From: an uncultured Gemmatimonadales bacterium
GTDB lineage: Bacteria; Gemmatimonadota; Gemmatimonadetes; Longimicrobiales; Gaopeijiaceae
NCBI GenBank assembly: GCA_963809895.1
Contig: CAWELD010000003.1
Location: 2,784,001 to 2,848,000, forward strand
Reading direction: 5' to 3'
DNA: 64,000 nucleotides
The position numbers were made by a program, and so were the translations under genes. The notes beneath the pieces were generated by a model. That model saw only the letters and a list, made by a program, of their open reading frames with translations. It was not told the DNA's origin and did no database searches. Of the stretch, positions 20,728-31,394 are shown piece after piece. Numbering within the stretch: position 1 is the first letter of the stretch; each line of letters opens with the position of its first letter.

Positions 20728-23700
20728 GCGCCGACTCGACCCCGGGCCGCTGGGCCCGTGTGCAGGAGCTCTTTCTCGAAGCGCTGGAGCGTCCCGTCGC
20801 AGAGCGATCCGCCTTCGTGGAGGAACGGTGTGGCGACGACCCGGGCCTCCTGCGCGAGGTCACCTCGCTCCTCCGCGCCCACGACGAGGGCCCGGTGCCC
20901 CTGTCCGCGAGCGCGCGCCCCGGGAGCCGGCGGTACCCGGAGCGCATCGGCAGCTACCGCATCGTGCGACCGCTGGGAGAAGGGGGGATGGGCGTCGTGC
21001 TGCTGGCGGTCCGCGAGGCGCAAGGGTTCACGCAGACGGTGGCGCTCAAGCTCCTCCCCGCCTTTCCGCACGCGGACCTCGAGGCCCGTCTCAAGGCGGA
21101 GCGCAGGATCCTCGCCCGCCTGGAGCATCCCGGGATCGCGCGCCTCATCGACGGTGGCGTAACCGAGAGCGGGCAGCCCTTCCTCGCCATGGAATACGTG
21201 AAGGGCGAGGACATCCTCACCTGGTGCGAGGGCAGGCGCCTGGACGTGGATCGGCGCATCGCGCTCTTCCTCGACGTGTGCGACGCCGTCCACTACGCGC
21301 ATCAGCAGCTCGTCATCCACCGGGATCTCAAGCCGTCGAACATCCTGGTGACCAGCGCGGGCCGCCCCAAGCTCCTGGACTTCGGCGTGGCCAAGCTCCT
21401 GGACGAACAGAGCGACGAGGGACACACCCGCACCGGCGCGTGGGTGACTCCGGCCTACGCCAGCCCCGAGCAGCTCCGCCGGAAGCCCGTCACCACCCTG
21501 TCCGACGTCTATTCGCTGGGCGTGCTGCTCTACGAGCTCCTGGTCGGCGCTCGCCCCTACGACACCGAGGGCCACACCCCTGCCGAGCTGGACCGGCAGC
21601 TCGCAGGCCGCCCTCCGACCAGGCCCAGCGTGCTCGCCCGAGGAGACGAGCGGGACGCGGCGGGGCCGGCCTCGCAGCGGGCCGCGGCCCGGACCACGAC
21701 ACCCCGTCGTCTGAGCCGTCGCCTGGCCGGCGACCTGGATGTGATCCTCCTGCGCGCTCTGGCCCACGAGCCCGAGCGCCGCTACACGTCGGCCGCAGCC
21801 CTGGCAGAGGATCTGCGCCGACACCTGGGAGGATGGCCGGTGCAGGCCCGGCCCGAGAGCTGGCTCTATCGCACCTCCAAGTTCGTTCGACGGCATCGCG
21901 TGGCGGTGGCGGCGGCAGGGATCGGGGCTCTGGCGATTCTCGCCGGGACGGGCGCCACGGTCTGGCAAGCCCGCCGCGCTCGTGCCGAGGCGCTGCGCGC
22001 CGAGAGCGAAGCGGACCGTGCCCGCCAGGTCACCGCGCTGGTCACCGACCTGTTCCGCCTGTCGGACCCCGCGCGGGCACTGGGGGACACGGTCACGGCA
22101 CGGCAGCTCCTGGACGAGGGAACGACCCGGGTCGAGTCGGAGCTTCGGGACCAACCCGAGTTGCAGGCGACCCTCATGGCCGAGGTGGCCAGGGTGTATC
22201 TCAACCTGGGGATCCTGCCGCGGGCCGAGGAGCTGGCCCGGCGGGTGGTGGACCTGCGCGCCACCGGCGAACCCGGCTCCCGTGCCCACGCGGCGGCGCT
22301 GGCCGCCCTCGCCGAGGTGGTGGCGGAGCGCGGCCGAATGGACGAAGCCGTCCGTCTCTCCCGGGCGGCGCTGGAACTTCCCGACCTGGGCGGCCCGGGC
22401 AGCGGCGACACCCTGCGGGCACGCGTGCTGTCGGCCATGGCCTGGGAACTCCGCAATCAGGGTCGCCACGACGAGGCCGTGAGCGCCTTCCAGGAAGCCC
22501 TCCCGGTTCAGCGCGCGGCGCTGGGGGATCGCAGCCCCGTCGTGGCCCGGACGCTCATGGGTCTGGCCTCGGCGCTCCACGACGCCGGACGCTTCGACGA
22601 CGCCGAGGCCTTCTTCGATGAGCTCATCGCCGAAGCGCGGGACGGCGGCCGGCCCGATCCCGCCGCGGCCGCGGCCATGGCAAACCTGGGCATGCTCCGT
22701 CGCGTGCGAGAGGAGCTGGAAGAAGCCGAGCCGCTTCTCCGTACGGCGTTGGACCACCGCATGAGGCTCTACGGACCAGACCACCCCGAGACCCTCGAGT
22801 CCATGGACGATTGGGGCGCGGAGCTTCTCCAACTCGGCCGCTTCGACGAGGCCCGGGAGGTGCTCGCCGAGGGCCTGGACCGGGCGCGGGCGGTCCTGGG
22901 AGAGGATCACACCCAGACCATCAGCATTCGTGAAGCGCTCGCGGCGGTGGAGATCGAGCTGGGCCACTACGACGCAGGGCTCGCCATGCGTGATTCGGCG
23001 CTGGCGAGCAAGCGTCGCCTGCGTCGCGGCGAGGATCATCCGGGCATCGTCTACACCCTTCTGCGCCTGGCTTCCGACGCGCGCGAAGCCGGACGCGACT
23101 CCCTGGCTGGTGTCGCCTTGGACTCCGCGCTGGCCATGGGGTGGCGGCTGTCCGACGAGCCCAGCGTCTACCGGGCTCTGGCGCTGCAGCAGCGGGCGGT
23201 CCTGGCGGTGCACCGGGACGAGCGCGCGGCGGCGGAAAGGGACATCGACGCCGCCGTGCGAATGCTCGCCAGCCTCCTGAGTGACGACCATCGCTACGTG
23301 CTGTCCGCGCGCCGGGACCAGGCCCTTTTCAGGCTCCGCACCGGCGGTGCGCCCACCGAGGCCCTGCGTGCGCTCGCCGTGGAAGACTCGCTGCGCAGGT
23401 CGCGCCGCCCCTCACCACATCCCGAGTTGGGCGTGATCGCGCTGGCCCTGGGCGAGGCTCGGCTGGCCGCGGACGACGCCGTCGGGGCCGCCGACGCCTT
23501 CCGGTCCGCCTCGGCGGAGTTTCAACGGCTCCCGCCGACACACTGGAAGCGGGGAGCGGCGCTGGTCGGTCAGGGCATGGCCACCCGCCTGGCCGGAGAC
23601 ACGGCCCGGGGCGCCGAGTTGGTGGACCGAGGCATGGAAATCGTGGACCGGCACCTGGGGCCCCACGCCCCGGAGGCGCTTCGTCTGCGCCGGATCAGCG

Positions 23701-23750
23701 CCCGTCCAGCACCTCGTCCAGCTCGGTCAGGGGCACCACGCTCGCGGTGA
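20724..23750 (+). CDS. Membrane Ser/Thr protein kinase with extracytoplasmic TPR array
   Basis: GEGGMG; VALK; HRDLKPSN; DFG; TPAYASPE; single TM; TPRs with GxDHP repeats. Confidence 0.94.
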   Translation: MSADSTPGRWARVQELFLEALERPVAERSAFVEERCGDDPGLLREVTSLLRAHDEGPVPLSASARPGSRRYPERIGSYRIVRPLGEGGMGVVLLAVREAQGFTQTVALKLLPAFPHADLEARLKAERRILARLEHPGIARLIDGGVTESGQPFLAMEYVKGEDILTWCEGRRLDVDRRIALFLDVCDAVHYAHQQLVIHRDLKPSNILVTSAGRPKLLDFGVAKLLDEQSDEGHTRTGAWVTPAYASPEQLRRKPVTTLSDVYSLGVLLYELLVGARPYDTEGHTPAELDRQLAGRPPTRPSVLARGDERDAAGPASQRAAARTTTPRRLSRRLAGDLDVILLRALAHEPERRYTSAAALAEDLRRHLGGWPVQARPESWLYRTSKFVRRHRVAVAAAGIGALAILAGTGATVWQARRARAEALRAESEADRARQVTALVTDLFRLSDPARALGDTVTARQLLDEGTTRVESELRDQPELQATLMAEVARVYLNLGILPRAEELARRVVDLRATGEPGSRAHAAALAALAEVVAERGRMDEAVRLSRAALELPDLGGPGSGDTLRARVLSAMAWELRNQGRHDEAVSAFQEALPVQRAALGDRSPVVARTLMGLASALHDAGRFDDAEAFFDELIAEARDGGRPDPAAAAAMANLGMLRRVREELEEAEPLLRTALDHRMRLYGPDHPETLESMDDWGAELLQLGRFDEAREVLAEGLDRARAVLGEDHTQTISIREALAAVEIELGHYDAGLAMRDSALASKRRLRRGEDHPGIVYTLLRLASDAREAGRDSLAGVALDSALAMGWRLSDEPSVYRALALQQRAVLAVHRDERAAAERDIDAAVRMLASLLSDDHRYVLSARRDQALFRLRTGGAPTEALRALAVEDSLRRSRRPSPHPELGVIALALGEARLAADDAVGAADAFRSASAEFQRLPPTHWKRGAALVGQGMATRLAGDTARGAELVDRGMEIVDRHLGPHAPEALRLRRISARPAPRPARSGAPRSR

Positions 23751-24963
23751 CTCGGCGCACACCACCGTCACGGAAGTGCAGGGTGACTTCGAGGCTGTCT
23801 CCAGGGGCCACGGTCCGCGTCAGGTCCTCGAGCATCGCGTGATCGCCACCGGGACGGAGCAGGAGTCGCCCGTGCTCCGGAACCTCCAGTCCGCCGGTCG
23901 CGGGACGCATACGCATCATGCCCCCGCTGGTCTCGGTGTGGTGCAGCGTGGCCCGGCCCACGCCCTCCACCTCCAGTCCCTGCAGGACGTCGGCGGCGCC
24001 TCCGTTCTCCACTGTGAGATAGAGCGCCGCGCGCTCGCCGGTCACCGGCTCCGAGATGACCGCGTCGTGGACCCCCAGTCCGCCTCCGCCACACGACGAC
24101 AGGAAGAGCGCCAGCAGGATCGAGGCCGCCACGGTTCCCGTGGAGGACTCCCGCTCGCTGCGCTGGTACCAGCGAAAGAACAGGATGCTGATGGCCGTCC
24201 ACAGGACCACCGCACCCCCGACTTTCATGAGAAGCCCGGCGAGACGCTGATCCTCCTGGGTGGTCAGCCCCCCCACCGGCGGGGCCAGCTCGAAGGTCGC
24301 GTAGACCGGAAGCTCGGCGAAGGTCAGGTAGGCGAAGACCCCGGTATTCACCAACGTCGCCGCGATCAGGTAGCCCATCTGGAAGGGCTCCGACAACCAG
24401 GAGCGCTCCGGCAGCGCCACGGTCACCGGCCACCAGAAGACCAACCCCGACACGAGCCAGAGCATGTCCAGCACGAAGCTGCCGAGCTGGCCTGCCATGA
24501 GCCCGTCCACCATGGGAGGCCAGTGCGTGAAGCCCATGACCGTGGCGAAGAAGGCCATGCTCGCCAGGGGGTAGCCCATGACCCGCGCAACGGCCCGGAA
24601 CGCCGGCACCTGGAGCAACCGTCTCCAGGCCGAGCGCGGCACGCCCAGCAGAAGGAGCGGTGGCGACGCGATGGCGATGAGGAGGAACTGGACCATGTGG
24701 ACGCTCGCCAGATAGCCCGCGCCCAGCGTGCCGATGGGCCAATCCAGGGCAGCCCACAGAAGCAGGATGCCGGCCACGGCGAAGCCCGCTCGCCCCGCCG
24801 GAGAGAAGGTCTCCTGCGCAGTGTCGCCGGAGCGCGCGGCGCGGCGCAGCAGGCGAGCGTACGCCACGCCCAGCAGGGCCACGAACAGCCAGACCCCGAC
24901 ATAAGGACGCCACGTCCAGCTCCACGCCACCCCCTGGGCGGCACACCACCACTGCACGTTCAC
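23695..24963 (-). CDS. CtaG (caa3-type oxidase assembly) domain fused to a PCu(A)C copper chaperone
   Basis: SVHMVQFLL, FWWPV, DQRLAGLLMK (CtaG); then AALYLTVEN, LHHT..GMMRM, PGGDHAML (PCuAC). Confidence 0.85.
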   Translation of the reverse strand: MNVQWWCAAQGVAWSWTWRPYVGVWLFVALLGVAYARLLRRAARSGDTAQETFSPAGRAGFAVAGILLLWAALDWPIGTLGAGYLASVHMVQFLLIAIASPPLLLLGVPRSAWRRLLQVPAFRAVARVMGYPLASMAFFATVMGFTHWPPMVDGLMAGQLGSFVLDMLWLVSGLVFWWPVTVALPERSWLSEPFQMGYLIAATLVNTGVFAYLTFAELPVYATFELAPPVGGLTTQEDQRLAGLLMKVGGAVVLWTAISILFFRWYQRSERESSTGTVAASILLALFLSSCGGGGLGVHDAVISEPVTGERAALYLTVENGGAADVLQGLEVEGVGRATLHHTETSGGMMRMRPATGGLEVPEHGRLLLRPGGDHAMLEDLTRTVAPGDSLEVTLHFRDGGVRRVTASVVPLTELDEVLDGR

Positions 24964-25599
24964 CGTTGGTCCGGCATCAGTGGATCGTCACCGCGTACCA
25001 GGAGGGGCAGGTCCCGCAACCAGTCGCGCTGGCGAGTACCCCACGGGTAGGCGACGCGCGCCGTGTCGTCCTTGCCGAAGGCCAGGAGCTGAGCCGCATG
25101 ACCCACGAAGTAGCCGCCGTCGGCCGTGGCGGTGGCCGTGTCCACCACCGACACGGGCACACCCACCGCTTGCTCCAGCGCCGTGCACCTCGGCGGGGGT
25201 GCCCCGAAGTCCCACGAACGACGGATGGAGGGCGCCGAGCCACTCCTTCAGGCGCTCCGGCGTGTCCCGATCCGGATCGGTGGTCACGAACACCGTCTGG
25301 ATCTGCCGGGTCACCTCGATGGGAAGCCTGCGCAGCACCGCGGCCAGGTTGGCCATGTGTACCGGGCAGACGTCGGGGCAGTTCGTGTAGCCGAAGAAGA
25401 GGAGGGTGATCTTGCCCCGGGTCTCGGCGCGCAGGCTCCAGGGTTCGCCCGCCTGATCCTCCAGCACCACGTCGGGCTTGGCCACGGCGGGCGAGACGCG
25501 CACGGCGGTGGTCGCCGGCCGCGACTCCGCACCCGACGAGGGCGTGCAGCCGGCCAGCGCCAGGAAAGCGGCCAGAACGAGCAGGGGGCGGGTGTTCAC
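24960..25599 (-). CDS. SCO1/SenC copper chaperone lipoprotein; one apparent frameshift at about 25183
   Basis: Lipobox LAGC; FFGYTNCPDVCP; TTDPDRDTPE; the C-terminal YFVGH segment lies in the adjacent frame. Confidence 0.88.
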
Positions 25600-25660
25600 G
25601 GGGCCCTTCTACCGACCGAGCGGGGGACCGTTCCCCCCCACCGCGGGCGGTGCAGCTCTC

Positions 25661-28322
25661 CTATTCGGCGCGTAGCGCCTCCGTCGGAGCGATCCGCGAG
25701 GCACGTCGGCCCGGCGCCAGCGCTGCGACGATGGACGCCGCGGCCACCGCCAGCGCCGTTCCCGTCAGTGTCAGCGCATCGGTACGCTGCACGCCCCACA
25801 GGTATCCCTCGATGGCCCGCGTGGCCAGGAAGCCGGCGACCAACCCGCTCACGCCGCCGTACACGGCCAGCCGCGCGGCCTGCCGCAGAACGAGACCCAG
25901 GACCTGGCCGCGCTCGGCTCCCAGCGCCATGCGAATCCCCATCTCCCGGGTGCGCGCCGCCACGCTTCGCGCCGTCACGCCGTAGACGCCCATGAGGGCG
26001 AAGAGCGCCGCCAATCCGGAGAAGAACGCCACCAGACGCGCCCGGAAGCGCTGGCTCTCCAACTGAGCGCTGAACTGCTCGCGGAACGGCCGGATGCCGG
26101 GCACGGCGATACCACGATCCACGCTCCAGACGGCCTCTCGCACCGCGGACACGAGCGACGCCGGTTCCACCTCCGTCCGTACCATCATGCTTCCCGACGC
26201 GTAGTCTGCCTGTCGGCGCGGCACGTAGTAGGCGAACTCCGTTCCCTGCCCCAGCCCTTCGTCGCGAACCGAGGCCGCCACGCCCACCACCGTCGTCTCG
26301 CGGCCCCAGTAGCCCACGCGCTTGCCCACGGCCGATTCGTTGGGCCACACGGCCCGCGCCACACCCTCGGAGACGATCATGGTCCCGGCGACGCCGGCTC
26401 GATCGTCGTCCGCAGTGAAGGCCCGGCCCTCCAGGATCGGGATCCCGGTGACGTCGAAGTAGTTCCCCGACACGAAGCGTCGCTCCGCGATGATGGGATC
26501 GCCCTCGTATCCCTCGGGGTGGATGTCGTTGTTCCCTCGGTCCCCGCTCAGCGGAAGCACCGAGGTCCAGGCCGCGTCACGCACGCCGGGTACCGCCTTC
26601 ACGCTCTCGAGAATGGCGTCGTAGGTGGCCATGGCGCCCGCCGACAGGGCATCCGGATCCTCGATGCCCTGCAGCATGCGATCGAGGGGTACCGCCACAC
26701 GAACCGTCAACAGGCGGTCCAGGGCGAAGCCGGTGTCCACTCCGTCGAGGGCCAGCACGGTGCGCCCCAGGAGCCCCGCACCCACCAGCAACACCGTGGC
26801 GAGGGCCAGCTCGGCGGCCACGAGAACGCCCTGGAGCCTCGTCCGGCCCGCGTGGGTGCTCCCGCGGGAACCCGTCATGGAGGCGGCCAGATTGCGCCGG
26901 GACGAGAGGAGCGCCGGAGCCAACCCGAACAGCATGCCACACACCAGGCCCACGCCCACGGCGAAGAGGAGCGTGCGCCCATCGATGGTGGCCTGGGCCA
27001 TGCGCGGGACACCGGCGGGCGCCAGCCCCAGCAGGACATCGCGCACGGTACTGGTAAGGGCGATGCCGAGGAGCGCACCGGCACCGGCCAGCACCAGGCT
27101 CTCGGTGAGCAACTGCTGGATCAGCCGTCCCCGGCCGGCGCCCAACGCACCGCGCACGGCCAACTCCTGGTCACGGTCGATGGCGGTGCCCAGCAAGAGG
27201 ACCGCGACGCTGACGCACGCCACCAGGAGGAGCACGCCCGACGCCACCGCCAGGAGCAGGAGCGGGCCACGCACCGTGTGCGTCTGATCCACCAGGCGCG
27301 GGTAGACGCGGATGGCGTGCTCGTGCCCCTCGCCGGGTGGCGCCGCGGCCTGCAAGCTCGCGGTGAGGGCCGCCTGGGCCCGATCCGGCGTCACGCCCTC
27401 GGCCAGGCGCGCCACAGCCCTGAAGCTGTGATTTCCCCGGTTCTCGCCGGGCTTCATCATGGCCCACGCCTCCACCGCCTCGTACCCGGCCACCTGGAAC
27501 CAACCCGGGAGGACGCCGATCACCTCTGTCGGCCCGCCCAGGTCGAGGGTGGATCCGACCACCGACGGATCCCCTCCGAAGCTCCGCTCCCAGAAGTCCC
27601 GTGTGAGCAGGACCCGGCCCGGCATCTCGTTCTCGCTCTCCGAGAAGACGCGGCCCAGCAGCGGTTGCACGGGCATGACGTCGCGGAAGAGGGCGGCCGA
27701 GGTGGCTCCGATCCTGACGCGCTCCGCCGGACCGTCGTCGTGGTCGAGGATCACGGTGCCGTACCCGAGGATCGCGACGCTCTCCAGCACGCCGTCGCCG
27801 GCGTCTCGCACGTCACGGAACTCGGGATAGGAGAAGGTGCCGCGGTCGGCGGCGTCGCCCAGCGTCGGATGCCCTCGCAGCGAGGGGTTCGTAGGGTAGA
27901 CCGACACGATCCGGTCCGGCTGCGGAAACGGCAGGGGACGCAGAAGCACCGCGTCCACCACGCTGAACATCCCGGTGCTGGCGGCGATGCCCAGGCCCAG
28001 CGTCACGATGGCCAGGATCGCCGTGGTGGGGCGCCGGAGCAGGGCTCGCACGGCGTAACGAAGGTCCTTGGCCAAGGTGTCCATGGAGTCTCTCCACAGG
28101 GGTCGATATGCATGGCTGGGAGCCCCCCCGAAACGCGCACGGAGGGCGGTCGAAAGCACTCCACCGAGCTCGATGCCGAAGCCGCGCGCCCGCTCCGATC
28201 GCGCCACGGGCTTCGGCCTGGCGAGCTTCGTAGACGGCCATCATCTCCTCCGCGGCCCGGTGGCGCAGCCAACCAGGGAGCAGGAGCAGAGAAAGGCGAA
28301 AGAGGAGTCTGGCGAGGCTCAC
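25661..28322 (-). CDS. Duplicated orphan ABC permease (ADOP; MacB_PCD/FtsX twice); apparent frameshift at about 28205
   Basis: DLRYAVRAL; TLGLGIA; ELAVRGALGAGRGRL; REMGIRMALGA; N-terminal extension MSLARLLFRL in another frame coupled to padR. Confidence 0.9.
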
Positions 28323-28666
28323 GGTTGCCCTGCCACTCCCGCGGCCCGAGCCACGTTCACGAGTCCGGACAGGCGACCGACTTCCGCCTCGAGCACTTCG
28401 CTACCGAGACGGGTGAGGCGGTAGTACCTGCGCCGGGGATCGGTCTCGCCCTCCGGGGCCGGGGCGTCCTCGATGAGGCCCCGCTCTTCGAGGCGGGTCA
28501 TGGCCAGGTAGAGGGAGCCGGAACTGGGACTGTGATGCCCTTCGGTGAGCTCCTCGATGCGCTTGATCACCGCCCATCCGTGACGCTCCCCCTCCGCCAG
28601 CGCCACCAGGACGTGCAGCGGAAGGTTGGCCAGCGGTAGGTGCTCGGCTACGTCGGTCGTGCTCAT
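28319..28666 (-). CDS. PadR-family transcriptional regulator
   Basis: HVLVALAEGERHGWAV; GSLY..LEERGLI; PRRRYYRLT. Confidence 0.95.
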   Translation of the reverse strand: MSTTDVAEHLPLANLPLHVLVALAEGERHGWAVIKRIEELTEGHHSPSSGSLYLAMTRLEERGLIEDAPAPEGETDPRRRYYRLTRLGSEVLEAEVGRLSGLVNVARAAGVAGQP

Positions 28667-28694
28667 GGCGCCAGTCCTGCTCCACAGGGATTTC

Positions 28695-28712
28695 CGTCAA
28701 ATGGATTTGATG
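28695..28712. promoter_or_regulatory. Candidate PadR operator
   Basis: AT-rich inverted repeat TCAAAT-GG-ATTTGA about 30 nt upstream of the padR start. Confidence 0.55.
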
Positions 28713-28820
28713 TAAACCTATTCCCGTCCATCGCTCTTGGACAGGCCCACCCCCGGTACGGTTGCACCGGGCGCCCGTGGGCGCTCCATTCTCCTCCTGC
28801 TCTCGTCGACGGAGACCTTC

Positions 28821-29915
28821 ATGGCCCGACCCCGTTCTGCCCTCGCCCCCATCTTTATCCTCGCCCTCACGGCGTGCGGCCCGGCCACGGCGGACCGCCC
28901 GGACGACGGCGACGGCGGCTCCGATCCTGCGGGCTGGGCGCTGGTGCTCGAGCCTCAGCAGGCGGCCACCGACGCCCTCCTGCAGGCGGTGAGCCCCGTG
29001 GACGAGCGCGTGGTGTGGGTGAGCGGCCATGCGGGCACCTGGGCGCGCTCCACCGACGGCGGCTCCACCTGGACCGTGGGTGTCGTGCCTGGTGCGGATT
29101 CCCTCCAGTTCCGCGACGTGGCGGCCGTGGATTCCATGACGGCGGTCCTCATGAGCGCCGGCACCGGAAGCCTCTCCCGCATCTTGCGCACCGACGATGG
29201 CGGCACGACCTGGAGCGAGACGTTCGTCATGGACCACCCCGACGGCTTCCTGGACTGCATGGCGTTCCTGGACGGCAACCTCGGGCTCGTCTACGGCGAC
29301 TCCACCGACGGACAGCTCTATCTCCTGCGCACCAACGACGGGGGGCGCAGCTGGAGTCGCGTCGCCGCAGACGCGCTCCCCGAGGCCCTCGACGGCGAGG
29401 GCGGCTTTGCCGCCAGCGGCTCCTGCGTCGCCGCCGAGCTGGACGCGAGCTATTGGGTCGCTACCGGTGCGGGCTCGCATCCGAGACTCCTCACCAGCCA
29501 CGACGCCGGGGACACCTGGTCGGTGCAGGATCTCCCTCTGGCCGCGGGCCCGTCGGCCGGAGCGACCACGGTCGGCTTCCTGCCCGACGGCCGGGGGTTC
29601 GCGCTGGGCGGCGTCATCGGTGGCGAGGTGCAGGGTGAGCGCGTGGCGGTCAGCCCTCCGGAGTCGCCGCTCTTCGAGCCCGGCGGGCCCCTGGTGATGA
29701 GCGGGCCCGTCTACGGCGCGGCCTGGGTGCGCGGGCTGGACGCTCCCACGCTGGTGGCCGTGGGCCCCGGTGGCATGGACTGGTCCCGCGATGGAGGCCG
29801 CACCTGGGCCTCGGCCGATACCCTCACCTACTGGGCCGTGGAGTTCGCTTCGCCCGAAGCCGGCTGGGCCGTGGGGCCCGGCGGGCGAATCACGCACCTG
29901 CGGGTGGCACGATGA
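28821..29915 (+). CDS. BNR/Asp-box beta-propeller lipoprotein (YCF48/sialidase-like)
   Basis: Lipobox LTAC; repeated S/T-x-D-G/A-G-x-T/S-W Asp boxes. Confidence 0.88.
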   Translation: MARPRSALAPIFILALTACGPATADRPDDGDGGSDPAGWALVLEPQQAATDALLQAVSPVDERVVWVSGHAGTWARSTDGGSTWTVGVVPGADSLQFRDVAAVDSMTAVLMSAGTGSLSRILRTDDGGTTWSETFVMDHPDGFLDCMAFLDGNLGLVYGDSTDGQLYLLRTNDGGRSWSRVAADALPEALDGEGGFAASGSCVAAELDASYWVATGAGSHPRLLTSHDAGDTWSVQDLPLAAGPSAGATTVGFLPDGRGFALGGVIGGEVQGERVAVSPPESPLFEPGGPLVMSGPVYGAAWVRGLDAPTLVAVGPGGMDWSRDGGRTWASADTLTYWAVEFASPEAGWAVGPGGRITHLRVAR

Positions 29916-31381
29916 ACGCGGCCCGCGCCAGCCGCTCCCTGACGGTGCCGGCCACCCTGCTCCTCCTGCTGACGTCGGGATTTTCGCCGGCGGTGGGCCA
30001 GACGACAGCCGAGCTTCGCCAGGGTGATCTCCTGGTAGTCGGTGGACGCCTCTTCGACGGCACGGCGGACGCCGCTCGCGCGAACCCCGGGATCCTGGTA
30101 CGCAACGGGACCATCATGGCGCTGGGGGTGTCCGCCGCCGGGGCGCCCGAAGGGGTGCGCGTGGTGCGCGTCCCCGACGGCTCCACGGTTCTCCCCGGGC
30201 TCTTCGACCTCCACGCTCACTACGCCGTGGATCTCTTCGGCGAGGGTCGCGTCGACGAGACGGTGGTCAATCCGGTGATCTTCCTGGCCAACGGGGTCAC
30301 CTCCACCTTTCCCGCAGGCGAGGTGGACCCGCCGGCCTTCGACGAGGCCGTGGCCGCTATCGACGCCGGCACCCGGCCGGGACCGCGCATCCACCGGTCG
30401 GGGCCCTACTTCGGCAGCGCGCGCCCCGGTTGGGACGCCGACGCCATGACACCCGACTCCATCCGAGCGGAGGTGGACTACTGGGCCGGCCGCGGCGTGC
30501 GGGGCTTCAAGGCCAAGGGAATCCAGCCGGATCAACTGGAGGCGCTCGTGGAGAGGGCGCACTTTCACGGGCTGACCGTCACCGGACATCTGGGCTCGGG
30601 CTTCCGCGCCACGGTGAATCCCCGAGACGCCATCCTCATGGGGATCGATCGGGTGGAGCATTTCCTGGGCGGCGACGTCATGCCCGCGGACCGCTCGGCG
30701 TACGCCTCACTGGAGGCGCTGGACCTGGACGACCCCGACACGCGTCGGCTGATCGACGAGGAGGTACGCCGGTTCATCGACCACCACGTCTACTTCGACG
30801 CCACGCTTACGGCCTACGACTACTTCGCCGACAAAGAGCCCGCCGTCTACGGGTACTGGTACGACGAGAGGGGTCTCCTCACCCCGTACGCCCGCGAGGT
30901 GGTGGAGGCCCGGCTCCCCCGACGTCCTCTCGACCAGTTCGGCCGCATCTACCGGGTCAAGCACCGCACGGTGAAGGCGTTCGTGGAGGACGGCGGCGCG
31001 CCTCTCCTCACTGTGGGAACCGACCACCCGAGCTGGGGCGAATTCTTCTCCGGATTCGGAGTACACCGGGAGATGCAGGCCCTGGTCCAGGCGGGTATCG
31101 AGCCCGCCGTGGTCCTTCGGGCCGCCACCACCAACGCGGCGCACGCGCTGGGACTGGACGGCGTACTGGGCACCGTCGAGCCCGGCAAATACGCGGACCT
31201 GGTGGTGGTGGAGGGGGATCCCCTCGCCGACATCACCGCCACCCGGCGGGTGCGGACCGTCATCCGCTCGGGCCGCGTCTACGATCCCGCGGCCCTGTTG
31301 GCCTCGGTGCGCGGACAACTCGGCCCGCGCTCCGAAGCGGAGGCGGACTGGTGGAAGGGCTCCCTGCGCCTGGGCCGCTGA
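29912..31381 (+). CDS. Secreted metal-dependent amidohydrolase
   Basis: Signal peptide; PGLFDLHAH; GFKAK; VEH; GTD; GTVEPGKYADLVVVEGDPL. Confidence 0.92.
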   Translation: MNAARASRSLTVPATLLLLLTSGFSPAVGQTTAELRQGDLLVVGGRLFDGTADAARANPGILVRNGTIMALGVSAAGAPEGVRVVRVPDGSTVLPGLFDLHAHYAVDLFGEGRVDETVVNPVIFLANGVTSTFPAGEVDPPAFDEAVAAIDAGTRPGPRIHRSGPYFGSARPGWDADAMTPDSIRAEVDYWAGRGVRGFKAKGIQPDQLEALVERAHFHGLTVTGHLGSGFRATVNPRDAILMGIDRVEHFLGGDVMPADRSAYASLEALDLDDPDTRRLIDEEVRRFIDHHVYFDATLTAYDYFADKEPAVYGYWYDERGLLTPYAREVVEARLPRRPLDQFGRIYRVKHRTVKAFVEDGGAPLLTVGTDHPSWGEFFSGFGVHREMQALVQAGIEPAVVLRAATTNAAHALGLDGVLGTVEPGKYADLVVVEGDPLADITATRRVRTVIRSGRVYDPAALLASVRGQLGPRSEAEADWWKGSLRLGR

Positions 31382-31394
31382 TCACATCCCAGGA

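Noticed and set aside
23695..23750. Convergent 3' overlaps (STK/CtaG-PCuAC; also 17564-17583)
   Set aside because: Short tail-to-tail overlaps are common in GC-rich genomes with few stop codons.
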